Of a stretch of DNA of 64,000 bases, positions 12,901 through 21,522 are shown in pieces. The stretch is from a virus (lineage: Duplodnaviria; Caudoviricetes), in IMG/VR virus record IMGVR_UViG_3300033062_002302; one strand, written 5' to 3'. The number at the start of each line of letters is the position of its first letter. The first letter of the stretch is position 1. The notes beneath the pieces were generated by a model. The model worked only from the letters and a program-made list of their open reading frames with translations, searched no databases and was not told where the DNA came from. The position numbers were made by a program, and so were the translations under genes.

Positions 12901-14085
12901 ACTCATCGATTTTATTTTGATGCGGCAGGAATCAATTTAGAGACGGTCACGAGCCTTGATGATTCGACTCTTCAGATTTCAGGAAGAGCGGCTCAAGTTG
13001 TTTCAGTTAAACTAAAAAATGGCGATCAAAGAATTGATTACTTTGCTGGTGGAGCTATTGAAACTTCAACCGAGGGCGCTATTGCTGAAACAACAATGAG
13101 TATAACGGATAGTACCGTTAGCACTTCTAAGAAGATTCTTCAAGTAGTGACAGTTAAAATTGTTGGAGACCCAACCGGAACAGATTATTTTGCAGGCGGT
13201 GGAGTTAGTCAGGATGGTCGAACTATTTACCTAGCCAGAACTTTGCCTCAGTCTAGTTTGAATCTAATTGTTGTTTATAAATCAGCTGAATCAGGATCTA
13301 AAACCTTTAATAGTCAAGTTATTAGATTAAAGAAAAGACTACCAAATCAAAATAGCCAGGTTGTTGTAACTTATATCCCTAGCGGTCTTCATGGAGATAG
13401 AATGTCTATCTATAAAGATGAGTCTGGATATGTTAATTTCAACGTTAGAGCCAATGACTTCGATTATCAGGTCCGAGCCCCCATTTTCTGGTCAGCTAAT
13501 TCCTGGCATAGAATTAAAGCGACTTACTCTATAAATGGAGGAAGAAGCAACGATCAGCTACATCTTTTCATTGATGGGTATGAGTATAAAAACATTCTTT
13601 TTGGAACCGGACTCCTATTTGGAGACCCATATGTTGTTGGCTCTTCTTACTCTGGAACCTCGGCTATGATGGTTGATATTAAGTTTAAAGATGTTCCAAC
13701 GGAATTGTTTATAGGAACTGAATTTAATGGTAAAAATGCTGCTAATGCCTTAATTGATAATTTAAGAATTAGCAATATCGCTCGTCCCTTGTTCGCTCCA
13801 TTTGGAGAATCAATAGATGTCAATTATTCTAGCAATTTAGACATTGTTTTTCCAGTAACAGAAGATTTATACACGACCTATCTGCTTGATTTTAATACCA
13901 TTTTGGCTAAAAATGACGATTTCGTTATGCTAAAAAATAAAAATTCAGGAATATTTGATTTTGAAGTTAATGTTTTTGATTCATTCGATTTAATCAAAGA
14001 TAATAATAGAGTCAAAGAGATATTAGAGGTCTTATTAAAAGCCTTAAAACCTGCTAATAGTCGTATTTTTATTAAGTATGAATAA
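6958..14085 (+). CDS. giant baseplate wedge protein (P2 gpI/T4 gp7-like) with LamG/ConA-like domains (2375 aa)
   Basis: Follows baseplate J; YRDSL..GPT..AI motif and C-terminal LKPAN; LamG motifs GSLECW, HHVATAW, LFIDG, IDELKIS, GTIEFW, IDNLRIS. Confidence 0.7.
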   Translation: MDNLRIIGVEVIDSVTLVAKFSHKLDSSIGASNVTITSQLDSVPSPNVLKAEVNSETLVITCQPMTPQAPYFIKFLSLPAIPFKSVNATAIMLNDDVSNQYYIIGPIEAGNIIQDLLIDYLRETPLNVTDNTTIVNKVLQSYSLLYSKALYDIKQLKNENYLSFDVLDEEKTRQEGPFDRLLEEGAYQITRVGKTPTGFSATLDFNFEEFPDFPVSLLKEEVSELLNIDFEDNDNTFNINTFTLNVSKTNVSKLLSVIFHYNNGHLDYEYPIETLGYQITNSKYDKDYGFSYLVLLTDQFRLSEAILNDPDFSNQNISYVEVTYEYRNLGRIIDEDSVTASTILSVSREPLPPIINIFNLKHAPIVDQNGDIYTTGGATFIDPNAYLTTDKHPAFLYEIAFRLNALPRRPGEYCIDYETGTVYVFGEDADNDGTGPQPPLISYDYQFTYVSQVDYVYDASSGDLVALPNGNLVSQEGDITFNYEEVLVPDLDYRATVHQENLSERIENKLLALNVVKAANSPITNVFRIFNETSGEIYSPIRWSNDKIYFSYNTPPNVLPFTGEKVSFKDSLNEILFVNQELTNGSSIRIFKCLLSDNNLVSGSEDCLASSINNSINLSNDDVFVNQKWFDPFLTESQNIDKLDVVGQYKIDYANGIVYVAVSPGQSIEIGTITYKTKLIDPINSHVISVDDIYYQTSILNPKDKTFEYTSFGEGFIQPLDLDASDEGYLNETETSPYQVNSTKVGAFVDAVFVPGVSQNIKFIRSLYELNDLQNSYSPINFMEACTFDGRVITVSPIEKTEYNIVEYNISDGYFITINLAQPYLSSNIEFNVSIIRNSDAQELWDNSGIVVAGDQVKLKLSGVNSPNAGDSVITSWSLTIDDLSRIIVDYNKGDLYIDYTYLADEILISYEYGENHIDFRQSESVSPGSTYYVSYKVGALRDALLKNFGSLVNIPELSNFDINLNRERYRDSLSAALESFIQGPTITAIKNIVNKISHIDPEIVESVFQNWSLGTSFLNPRGFETTGSFELLPAKYGNGALINAEGQSITLPVSSNLRLEKGSLECWVIPEWNGIDNDADITFTLTRDGYQIESNYIFIGSAEYHPILNLDGTFSLNKLSNAAGAPNKNKDGIFIYYNDDPAQDYKRWYLDVVDGYSFGQVDGYSTTYSLKVSTPNGMFYDVKAIDNPKPSNMKITSGTSNISVSITDTARFNEGFTFISDREHYLFDFGEKKNKCRFSIYKDPSGYLNFRIFDRDGVSYSIGADVSSWQAHEKHHVATAWKLNDKLERDELHLFIDGQEVPNIIRYGTKVSPYLHERYRTINPEEIAGFTPKTIIGSIDLVTTAGSPTVTSLINFDAYGILAGDTITIDEVGFNPSGYSILTVAGQTLTLSSNMPLSLEDAKFSVNKTDLTLLTAVDIYPNIAVSTISSFLDGYDLITNDGYDAVTSSSIDFELFDVIPGDLLRIDDGYYENHYTILDVDGYTLTLNDDMPATNSGLDFFVYHNEDVEIPGLRALRPSYSLSKDGYYNNVLSLENDVQANDLILIKTLGLNHKRIKQKYYEWGDGYNNVIKTTLPPPISLNEVSIIHGILLNKLVNSSNSTLLGNDFTSSSFSGEQPSLSDSGRTLAVDISSGNLDFSTSVTVTISGDVNGSPTSEVLTFTQIEKKNTLNKFETITGIVVAGKVINTNRSYLVLNVKEAYSITYSEGSSLYPAIRYSYQSRAGIALTGLGGATVTDLDVLFSSTDIGNYLVIASPGPAAGTYLISGVSDDRNSINIDGYIPPFSNGIFQILNTTSSRSGFQNGFFLLEEANDPGVPYLLKSGTYEFDFYTWTSIKFNPVNSLAYVGSDIFNKNHLNGVIDELKISSNQLTDLRIGETAQVKQNYITKDFNSLKELSFDSNTLVLSHFDSFPFVNEADFYVMSEGKNFVQSDVSVNDNFSQSLAIIDKPFIIDNDGVLDTRKEGTIEFWVNSLYDTTNDPTHRFYFDAAGINLETVTSLDDSTLQISGRAAQVVSVKLKNGDQRIDYFAGGAIETSTEGAIAETTMSITDSTVSTSKKILQVVTVKIVGDPTGTDYFAGGGVSQDGRTIYLARTLPQSSLNLIVVYKSAESGSKTFNSQVIRLKKRLPNQNSQVVVTYIPSGLHGDRMSIYKDESGYVNFNVRANDFDYQVRAPIFWSANSWHRIKATYSINGGRSNDQLHLFIDGYEYKNILFGTGLLFGDPYVVGSSYSGTSAMMVDIKFKDVPTELFIGTEFNGKNAANALIDNLRISNIARPLFAPFGESIDVNYSSNLDIVFPVTEDLYTTYLLDFNTILAKNDDFVMLKNKNSGIFDFEVNVFDSFDLIKDNNRVKEILEVLLKALKPANSRIFIKYE

Positions 14086-14118
14086 TAGATATAATTTGAT
14101 ATATGATAAAGAGAGAAC

Positions 14119-17100
14119 ATGACTAAAAGAAGCCCTATTTCTGGTTTGCAGAATCTATATTCCGATGCGGAGCAGTTGGATGATTCTGATTTAACGGCAG
14201 AACAAAGTTATAATAATAGCATTCAAAATGCCATTATTAATAATCATGTTGGGATAGGTGTCTTACCAGAAGTTTTAAATCAAAACATCTTATTCGATTC
14301 TTTATTGGTTTCTGGCTTATTAGATGGAACTAATATTGCCCCGCAGGCTCAGCCCACCGATTCTAATCAGGGGAATCAGCTTGAAATTGAATTAAAAAAT
14401 TCAAAAGCGGCAGGTAAGAGAACCGTTAAAATAGCTATTATTGGTTTAGATTTTGAAAATAATCTTCAATATGATACTTTGGTTTTTAAAGCCAATGAAG
14501 TTCAAATAACCAAAAAGCATTATACGAATATACTTGCTATTTTCTTTAATGATTTTATTGGAACGACAATCCAATCTTTTAATTTGGGTGGTCAAGTTAT
14601 TATTAAAGAGGCTAAGCCATTTAGTCTTTCTAGAGACCCAATTATGGCAGCTCAAGATATCGAGCCCAATCTTTTTTGGCGAGATTTCTTTGTTAGCTCT
14701 GTTTCATCTTTAACAACTCTATTAACTAATTCGCTGCCACTTTATAATATTGATAATTTAAATATCAATACTGGATATAAAGAAAATAAAGTTTTAGAAG
14801 AAAATGATGTTACTACTCAAATTGGTCAAAAATTTCTAGCAACGACCAATAATATTCAAAAAATTTCATTATTATTATCTGTTCAAAATACCAATCCTGG
14901 CTTTGAAACGGACTTGGCTTGGGAAGGCGAGCTAGTTGTTAGCATTTTTCCTCTTCAATCGACCATTCAATGCTCGACTGATATTGTTCCAAATTTAGCT
15001 ATTGATTTTTCTCCATCTAATATTCCATTGGCTCAATTAAGCTTTGATTATGATAGTCTTCAAAGTCTTGGAACGACTCTTGATGGGAACCCTCAGCCAG
15101 TAGACTTTGTTTTTAGTAATACTCAAGTTGGAACTGGCAATGCTATTGTTCCAGGAAATTATTACGCTGTAACTTTAAAACGCTCTGGGTCAGCTAATAA
15201 ATGTGATATTTTAATAACGGCAGGAAGTAATATTAGCTCTGATTCTAGAGCAACAATGTTTACTGGAAGTGTTTGGGTTGATTTGCCAGACGATGATCTT
15301 TGGCATCGAGTCTTTACTGACGCAGCTAAGATTTCAGATGGTCAGGCATATGAAACTGGGCACGGAATTATTATTCCTAAAATTAATTTAGATTCAGAAA
15401 CGAATGCTCAAATTGATTATTCATTAGATGGAATTCAGTTTACTGGAACAGAATTATATACTGGCGTTGTTGCCGCCGAATTAGAGCAAAGCGTCCCAAT
15501 TCAGGATCAAAGAACCGGCAACCCGGTTAATTCTCGTCAGCAGTTCGTTCCCAAAGTTAAACTATTAAACCCAATAGATTTATCAAATCTTTCCAAGACG
15601 ACAGAGCCTTTTGTTGTTGGTCTTGTTGCAGATAAGAATAAAAAATCTTTTGAAGCTTCAAGCTCTGTTCTATCAGCCGGACTTCATTCTTGGACTTTCG
15701 TTAAAAACGAATTACAATTAAAAATCATTGATGATAGCACAGATGGATATCGATATGATTTAAATGTTAATGCTTTGGTAAACAATTTAGTAAATGGTGA
15801 TTTTACCAATGCTAAACTTATTCCAAACATTTCTGAGCCAAATACTTTTTATCGTGTAGCCAAAGCCGAATTATGCTCTATGATTTATGGAGATATTAAT
15901 GGTGATGGTGTTGTTGACGATGCTGATTTAGATCTTTATAATTTACTCTTAGGAATGGACCTTAATGTCTCTCCTCCGGCAATAAGCTCCATCTCAACAG
16001 ATGGATATGTTACGACTTATACAAATGGGTACCCATTCTATGCAGATCCTTTTGTTAATGACTTTACCGTTACTTTCCAGCTTGTTGATCCTGCAACTAA
16101 TTTAGTTGTCGCATCTGGAACTGACGGCATTTTAGTTGTTAATCCAAATGATGGTAGTTTAGCTACTTTTCAGAGCGCTTCAACTAATTTCTCAGCTATT
16201 ACCAATCTAATTAATTTAAAATTGGTAATTAGACTATCAACGAATGAATGTAATAATGGCGGTATTGAGATTACGAGCCTTAATACTTCTTCAAATTATA
16301 TTGTTAATTTAAGAAAAGTTCTATTAGATAGCGACAAAATATCTCAGATTTTAAGAGCAGATATCGATGGTGATTTTGAGATTACTGCAAATGACGGTTA
16401 TTATTTACAGAATTATATTTTAAAAGCTCCTCCATTTCCAGCGACAACTTCACCTGGGAATAAAATTGGAACATCATTTAATGTTCTTAAATTAAAGTTA
16501 GATCCATTCACCTATCAAGATGGGTATTTTACTCGGAATGACGATTTCTATCCAACCATCTCTAATCGTGGGACTGTTTTACATCCTATTCAAGATTTGT
16601 ATTTGGAAGATACTGGATTAGAAAATCATGACTTTAAAAATAACCCTATTACTTTTAATCTTGTTAAACAATTAACTTGGGAAGAAAGATTAATTTCAGT
16701 TGCAAGTAATGCTAGATTTGTTCCGACCATTTTTAGTTCTACATCTGGTCACGTTCATAACAGCTGTGAAATAGACGGTATTGTTTGTGATATTTATCCT
16801 CAGGGTCCAGAATTAGATCCAGGGACGATTAATGCTTTCGTTCCTAATAATCTTATTATTGGTGATGGTGGAGAGTTACAAAGACCAGATGGAAATCCAT
16901 ATAAAGTAGACTTTGAAGTTGGAACGATTGTCTTAGAAATTCCAGATGGAATTTTCGGAGAAGAGCGAACCTTAAATGTTTTTGATGACTTCGTTGCAGA
17001 TTATACTGGAAAAGGAATCACAAGGCTAGGCTTCCCGGCGCTTCGTTTTGCTGACTGTTCATTAGTTGAACAAGAGGCTTTACTTAATAATCAAGTTAGA

Positions 17101-17877
17101 TTCTCTGTTGCAGTTCAATCTTTTAGCCCAAATACTAATGGAACAGACTCAGATGGTTATTCAGGGGTTATCGTTGATGGTAAAATCGGCGTCTCCATGG
17201 ATTACGCAACTGGATTGTTAAGACTTAACTTCACGAACCTTTATGAAGATTCCGTTCTTCAGACTTTAAATACTAAAGTTCAAATTAACGTTTACCTTAA
17301 AAAAGGTGGGTTTAATAACTCTCCATTGTTTGTAGATTCGACCAAGGTTCAAAACTTATTAGAATTAATCAGCGTTTTCAATGAAAATAGCCCATTAGAA
17401 GGTTCAACCAATCACACTCAAGTTACTCAGCAAACGACGACAGAATGGAAAGATACGAGTTCTACTGATTATAGCGCTTCTGCTCCAAAGGCGTCTAAAC
17501 GCGAGAGGCGCCGTCAGTTTACGACCACTACTTCAACAGCCAATCAGGTTATTGAAGATGGCTATACGTTTGGCAATGTAGATTTCAGCTTATCAGATGA
17601 GGCGATTACGAGAGTCACCGCCTTGCTATTAGTTAAAAAATCCGGGACTGCATTTGGCGGTACCATTGAAATGAAGGCGGATTATATTAGAGAGGGAGCT
17701 GGACCCGTTTTAATTGGCGCCCCGACCATTACTTATAATTTGACTGGATCGACCTTGGACGGAACGACAGCTGATTTTAATATCAATGGAAATAAGATTG
17801 AGATTAGAGTTTCTCCTGAAAGCGCTGATATTTTGAATTGGCGAATCTTCCGGACTCAAAATGAAGGAATAGACTAA
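14119..17877 (+). CDS. baseplate/tail-fibre attachment virion protein with dockerin-like Ca-binding loops (1252 aa)
   Basis: N-terminal N-L-Y-x-D-x-E-x-L..DL..EQ.Y motif of baseplate-hinge proteins; GDINGDGVVDDAD and ADIDGDFEITAND loops. Confidence 0.6.
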   Translation: MTKRSPISGLQNLYSDAEQLDDSDLTAEQSYNNSIQNAIINNHVGIGVLPEVLNQNILFDSLLVSGLLDGTNIAPQAQPTDSNQGNQLEIELKNSKAAGKRTVKIAIIGLDFENNLQYDTLVFKANEVQITKKHYTNILAIFFNDFIGTTIQSFNLGGQVIIKEAKPFSLSRDPIMAAQDIEPNLFWRDFFVSSVSSLTTLLTNSLPLYNIDNLNINTGYKENKVLEENDVTTQIGQKFLATTNNIQKISLLLSVQNTNPGFETDLAWEGELVVSIFPLQSTIQCSTDIVPNLAIDFSPSNIPLAQLSFDYDSLQSLGTTLDGNPQPVDFVFSNTQVGTGNAIVPGNYYAVTLKRSGSANKCDILITAGSNISSDSRATMFTGSVWVDLPDDDLWHRVFTDAAKISDGQAYETGHGIIIPKINLDSETNAQIDYSLDGIQFTGTELYTGVVAAELEQSVPIQDQRTGNPVNSRQQFVPKVKLLNPIDLSNLSKTTEPFVVGLVADKNKKSFEASSSVLSAGLHSWTFVKNELQLKIIDDSTDGYRYDLNVNALVNNLVNGDFTNAKLIPNISEPNTFYRVAKAELCSMIYGDINGDGVVDDADLDLYNLLLGMDLNVSPPAISSISTDGYVTTYTNGYPFYADPFVNDFTVTFQLVDPATNLVVASGTDGILVVNPNDGSLATFQSASTNFSAITNLINLKLVIRLSTNECNNGGIEITSLNTSSNYIVNLRKVLLDSDKISQILRADIDGDFEITANDGYYLQNYILKAPPFPATTSPGNKIGTSFNVLKLKLDPFTYQDGYFTRNDDFYPTISNRGTVLHPIQDLYLEDTGLENHDFKNNPITFNLVKQLTWEERLISVASNARFVPTIFSSTSGHVHNSCEIDGIVCDIYPQGPELDPGTINAFVPNNLIIGDGGELQRPDGNPYKVDFEVGTIVLEIPDGIFGEERTLNVFDDFVADYTGKGITRLGFPALRFADCSLVEQEALLNNQVRFSVAVQSFSPNTNGTDSDGYSGVIVDGKIGVSMDYATGLLRLNFTNLYEDSVLQTLNTKVQINVYLKKGGFNNSPLFVDSTKVQNLLELISVFNENSPLEGSTNHTQVTQQTTTEWKDTSSTDYSASAPKASKRERRRQFTTTTSTANQVIEDGYTFGNVDFSLSDEAITRVTALLLVKKSGTAFGGTIEMKADYIREGAGPVLIGAPTITYNLTGSTLDGTTADFNINGNKIEIRVSPESADILNWRIFRTQNEGID

Positions 17878-17901
17878 GATATATTGATATATTAAGATCG
17901 C

Positions 17902-19023
17902 ATGAAGATCTTAATACATCAATTTCTTGGCAAAAATCATAGTTGGAGCGCCGTAGGGTGGGGAACGGCTAATGCTTTAATTAACCAAGGACATGAAGTT
18001 GAATTATTTTCAACGGATGGAATTGAGCATATTCCAAATAATTTAAGAAAGCATGTGATTGGGCATGTCGAAGAGAATAAGCCTGGCAAAATCTTTGGAA
18101 GATTACCGGGAACTTATGATTGTCAGATTAGTTATACTGCTATGCGAAACTTTCAGAAGTATTTAAGCTTTGGAAATAAAAATAGATTTGGTATTTGGAC
18201 CTATGAATGGAATGGAAAAAATGTTCTTCCTTCTGGTTTTGCCAAAGCTTATAAGAATTGCGATTACTTATGTGCTCCATCTCAATTCTCTAAAGATATT
18301 TTTATCAATTCAGGAATTCCTGGAGATAAAGTTCATGTCATTCCTCATGGAATTGGCTCTGAATTTTCTGGAGAATCTAAAATTGATCTTAAAACAAATA
18401 AGAAATTTAAAATATTAGCTAATATAGCTCAAAACCATATAAGGAAGAATATAAATGGTTTATTAGAAGCATATGGAAAAGCATTTAATAAAAATGATGA
18501 TGTTATTTTAATATTAAAATCAAAATTCAAACCTGTTAAATATGGGTTTGAAGTGTCTCTTCAAGAAATTGTGAGTTCATTCAAGAAGAAATATCCCGAC
18601 CATGCTGAGTTAAAAATTTTTGAACAATTTGTTCCGGACATCTCCTCCTTATATAGGAGTGTGGATACCGTCTTCTCGCTTTCTCACTGCGAAGGATTTT
18701 TAATGCCTGGGCTTGAATCATTGGCTTCTGGAAAAATTGTCATTGCTCCTAATTGGGGCGGTCAGGTTGATTTTTTAAATGATTCCAATGCTCTTCTTGT
18801 TTCCGGGAAAGAGGCACGAGCCAACCCGGCAAGCATGTACTGGGAATCAAAACAAAATGCAATTTGGTTTGTCCCGGATATAGAGGATGCAGCCAGCAAA
18901 TTAAGGTACGCTTACGATAATTTTATCTCTTTAAATGAGAGCGTCGAAAGCCAAAGAGAAGCTATATTAAAAAAATATAGTTGGGAATCCATCACAACTC
19001 AAATGTTGAATTTAACCAAATGA
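17902..19023 (+). CDS. GT-B glycosyltransferase (GT4-like)
   Basis: RKN..LLEAY, SHCEGFLMPGLE (ExFGxxxxE-like) and YSWE motifs. Confidence 0.9.
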   Translation: MKILIHQFLGKNHSWSAVGWGTANALINQGHEVELFSTDGIEHIPNNLRKHVIGHVEENKPGKIFGRLPGTYDCQISYTAMRNFQKYLSFGNKNRFGIWTYEWNGKNVLPSGFAKAYKNCDYLCAPSQFSKDIFINSGIPGDKVHVIPHGIGSEFSGESKIDLKTNKKFKILANIAQNHIRKNINGLLEAYGKAFNKNDDVILILKSKFKPVKYGFEVSLQEIVSSFKKKYPDHAELKIFEQFVPDISSLYRSVDTVFSLSHCEGFLMPGLESLASGKIVIAPNWGGQVDFLNDSNALLVSGKEARANPASMYWESKQNAIWFVPDIEDAASKLRYAYDNFISLNESVESQREAILKKYSWESITTQMLNLTK

Positions 19024-19712
19024 TTTATGATTTAAGCATCGTTATTCCAGTCTTCAATAATTGGAGCTATACTAAAAATTGCATTAGTAATTTATTGAAA
19101 TTGCCTGAATCATTTGAAATCATTATTGTTGATAATGCCAGCTCTGATTTAACGAAAACCGAACTTTCTAAATTTGAAAGAGTTAAACATATTAGAAATG
19201 AAACTAATTTTGGCTTCGGAAAAGCAGTAAGTCAGGGCGTTCAAGCAGCGCAATCCAATCAGATTATGATTTTAAACAATGACATTAAATTTGGAAATGT
19301 CTTTCAGGATTGGTTTTTATCATTACCTCAAATTATCAAAGATAATAATAAGTTAATTGGACCAACGGCTGGATATGTGGATCCAGAGAATGAATTTAGT
19401 TTTGTTTATGAAACTTCTAATAAAGAAGATAAAATTAATTATATGAGTGGTTGGTGTTTGTCTGCTAATCGAGAGACCTGGGATAAATTAGAGACTGGAG
19501 ATGGTCCTTTTGATAGTAAGACTTTCTTTCTTTATTTTGAAGATACTGATTTATCATTTCGAGCCAAATCTCTTAACATTGATTTTATGCTGATTGATAC
19601 TCCTTTAAAACATATTGGAAAGCAGACTTCTAAGTTATTGAATATTAGCAAACATTATTCTGAATCAAAAGTTAAATTTTTAAATAAATGGAATAATAAG
19701 TATCCATTTTGA
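19020..19712 (+). CDS. GT2 glycosyltransferase
   Basis: LSIVIPVFN, IIVDNAS, N.GF, LNND and YFEDTDL motifs; start moved to ATG 19020, which overlaps the upstream stop (ATGA). Confidence 0.9.
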   Translation: MIYDLSIVIPVFNNWSYTKNCISNLLKLPESFEIIIVDNASSDLTKTELSKFERVKHIRNETNFGFGKAVSQGVQAAQSNQIMILNNDIKFGNVFQDWFLSLPQIIKDNNKLIGPTAGYVDPENEFSFVYETSNKEDKINYMSGWCLSANRETWDKLETGDGPFDSKTFFLYFEDTDLSFRAKSLNIDFMLIDTPLKHIGKQTSKLLNISKHYSESKVKFLNKWNNKYPF

Positions 19713-19723
19713 AAGATTATTAA

Positions 19724-20689
19724 ATGTCATTATCAACCAAAATTATTATGTTTGTTCTTGCAGTCCTTCTGTTAATAGGGGGAGGTTTAATTGTTTTCAA
19801 GCAATTTGAGATTGCTCGACGTCAAGAGGCAATTGAAAAAGAAATGGTTGGTCAGAAAGAGTTGGCTGACGGAATTACTCGGGCTCTTGCTCAATATGCA
19901 ACCAAGCAGGACATTAATAATCTCGCTAAAGAAAATAATGTCAACATGAAAGTTATCCAAAATGACTTGGATAAGTTAAATGCTTCAATTATGGCAATCA
20001 ACGTTGTAACCTCGAAGAGTCAAGGGCAAGTTGTTAAAGGAGCTGGGTCAACTAATACGGTTCCTGGGACTGATGTTCCCCCGTTAGCTTTAACTTACCC
20101 AGATCCTTATAAATATCAACAAGATACTCAAGTCATTAAGCTTAATGAAAGCTTTGGAAACGTTAAAGTTCCAATAGGAGAAGTTTCTTTCTCGGCTTGG
20201 AAAGAAAAGCCATGGGATTATAATATTCCACCACGGGAATATAAGATGGTTACGGTTCTAGGAATGGATGAACAACAGCGTCAATATGCTTATAATAAAT
20301 TTACGATCAACGATCAAGAAGTTAAAATAGCCAATAGCACTTTTAAGCAAGAGTACCCGGAAGGAAAATTTAGTTTTTTCAATCCCAGGCTGTACATAGG
20401 AATGGATGCTGGTATAAACTTGAGGAGCGTTCGGGGCGAAGCCGTCCCAAATGTTAGCCTTCAACTAATGAGTTATGGAAAATATAAGAATAATCCCGAT
20501 TTATCCATTCTTCAAGTTGGCGCAGGCTATGGAATTGATGCCAAGCAAGTTTCGGGCTCATTAACGCCAATTATGTATAATGTTGGGCAACATATTCCTT
20601 TAATGAATAATTTATATATTGGACCGTCTGTTCAAGTTAATGCATCGGGAGATGTTGGGATTATGGGAAGCGCTAAGGTGGGGTTATAA
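19724..20689 (+). CDS. membrane-anchored protein: N-terminal TM helix, coiled coil, C-terminal amphipathic beta strands (spanin-like?)
   Basis: Hydrophobic residues 7-25, then a helical region, then alternating Gly/aromatic strands. Confidence 0.5.
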   Translation: MSLSTKIIMFVLAVLLLIGGGLIVFKQFEIARRQEAIEKEMVGQKELADGITRALAQYATKQDINNLAKENNVNMKVIQNDLDKLNASIMAINVVTSKSQGQVVKGAGSTNTVPGTDVPPLALTYPDPYKYQQDTQVIKLNESFGNVKVPIGEVSFSAWKEKPWDYNIPPREYKMVTVLGMDEQQRQYAYNKFTINDQEVKIANSTFKQEYPEGKFSFFNPRLYIGMDAGINLRSVRGEAVPNVSLQLMSYGKYKNNPDLSILQVGAGYGIDAKQVSGSLTPIMYNVGQHIPLMNNLYIGPSVQVNASGDVGIMGSAKVGL

Positions 20690-21522
20690 TGCTTAAAATA
20701 TTAACTTTAAATTGGAATGGGAAAGAAAAGTTAGAGAAACTTTACCCATCATTAATTAATGCTTTGGATGGTATTGATTATCAATATTTAATAAAAGATA
20801 ACGGCTCGGTTGATGAATCCGTTTCATTTATTAAGAGCCTTAATAATCCTAAGGTTAAAGTAATCGAGTATGGACATAATAGAGATAATTTTGCTCAGGG
20901 ATGTAATCTTTTATTCAAAGAATCAGATCCTAAAGATGATGATTTAATTCTTCTATTAAATAATGATGTCATTTTTAATGATAAAAAATCTATTCATAAT
21001 ATGATGAATATGTTTAAAGATCCAGAGGTTGGTCTCGTTGGCGCTAAATTAAAATTTGTTGGAACAAATCTAATTCAACATGGTGGAGTTGTTTTTAGTA
21101 AGAGCAATGGGCTTCCAATGCATTTTAAAGCTCATCAGCAGGATGATAAGTCAACTCAAAAGCATCGAGAGTTTCAAGCTGTAACAGGGGCTGTTTGGAT
21201 GACTACAGCAAGTCTTTACAATCAAATCTGTCAAACTAATAAATCAGGGCAGAATGGCTTGGATGAAGGTTTCTTTTGGTGTTTTGAAGATATTTCAGCT
21301 GGATTGTCTATAAAATATTCTCTTGGTAAAAAAGTTGTTTATTGCGGAACGACCGATATATTTCATGAAGAAAGCGCGACTCTGAAAAAGAACCCGGCAA
21401 ATAAGTTATTTATGAATCATAATATCAATCATTTTAGAACATTGTGGCGTGATAAATATCTTGTCGATGAAGAAGTCTTTGCTAAGAATGCAAATCATAA
21501 TGTGTATGAGATGGTAAAATGA
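20689..21522 (+). CDS. GT2 glycosyltransferase
   Basis: LNWNG, KDNGS, NFAQGCN, LLNND, QHGG, AVTGA, FED and HEESAT motifs (WbbL/rhamnosyltransferase-like). Confidence 0.9.
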   Translation: MLKILTLNWNGKEKLEKLYPSLINALDGIDYQYLIKDNGSVDESVSFIKSLNNPKVKVIEYGHNRDNFAQGCNLLFKESDPKDDDLILLLNNDVIFNDKKSIHNMMNMFKDPEVGLVGAKLKFVGTNLIQHGGVVFSKSNGLPMHFKAHQQDDKSTQKHREFQAVTGAVWMTTASLYNQICQTNKSGQNGLDEGFFWCFEDISAGLSIKYSLGKKVVYCGTTDIFHEESATLKKNPANKLFMNHNINHFRTLWRDKYLVDEEVFAKNANHNVYEMVK

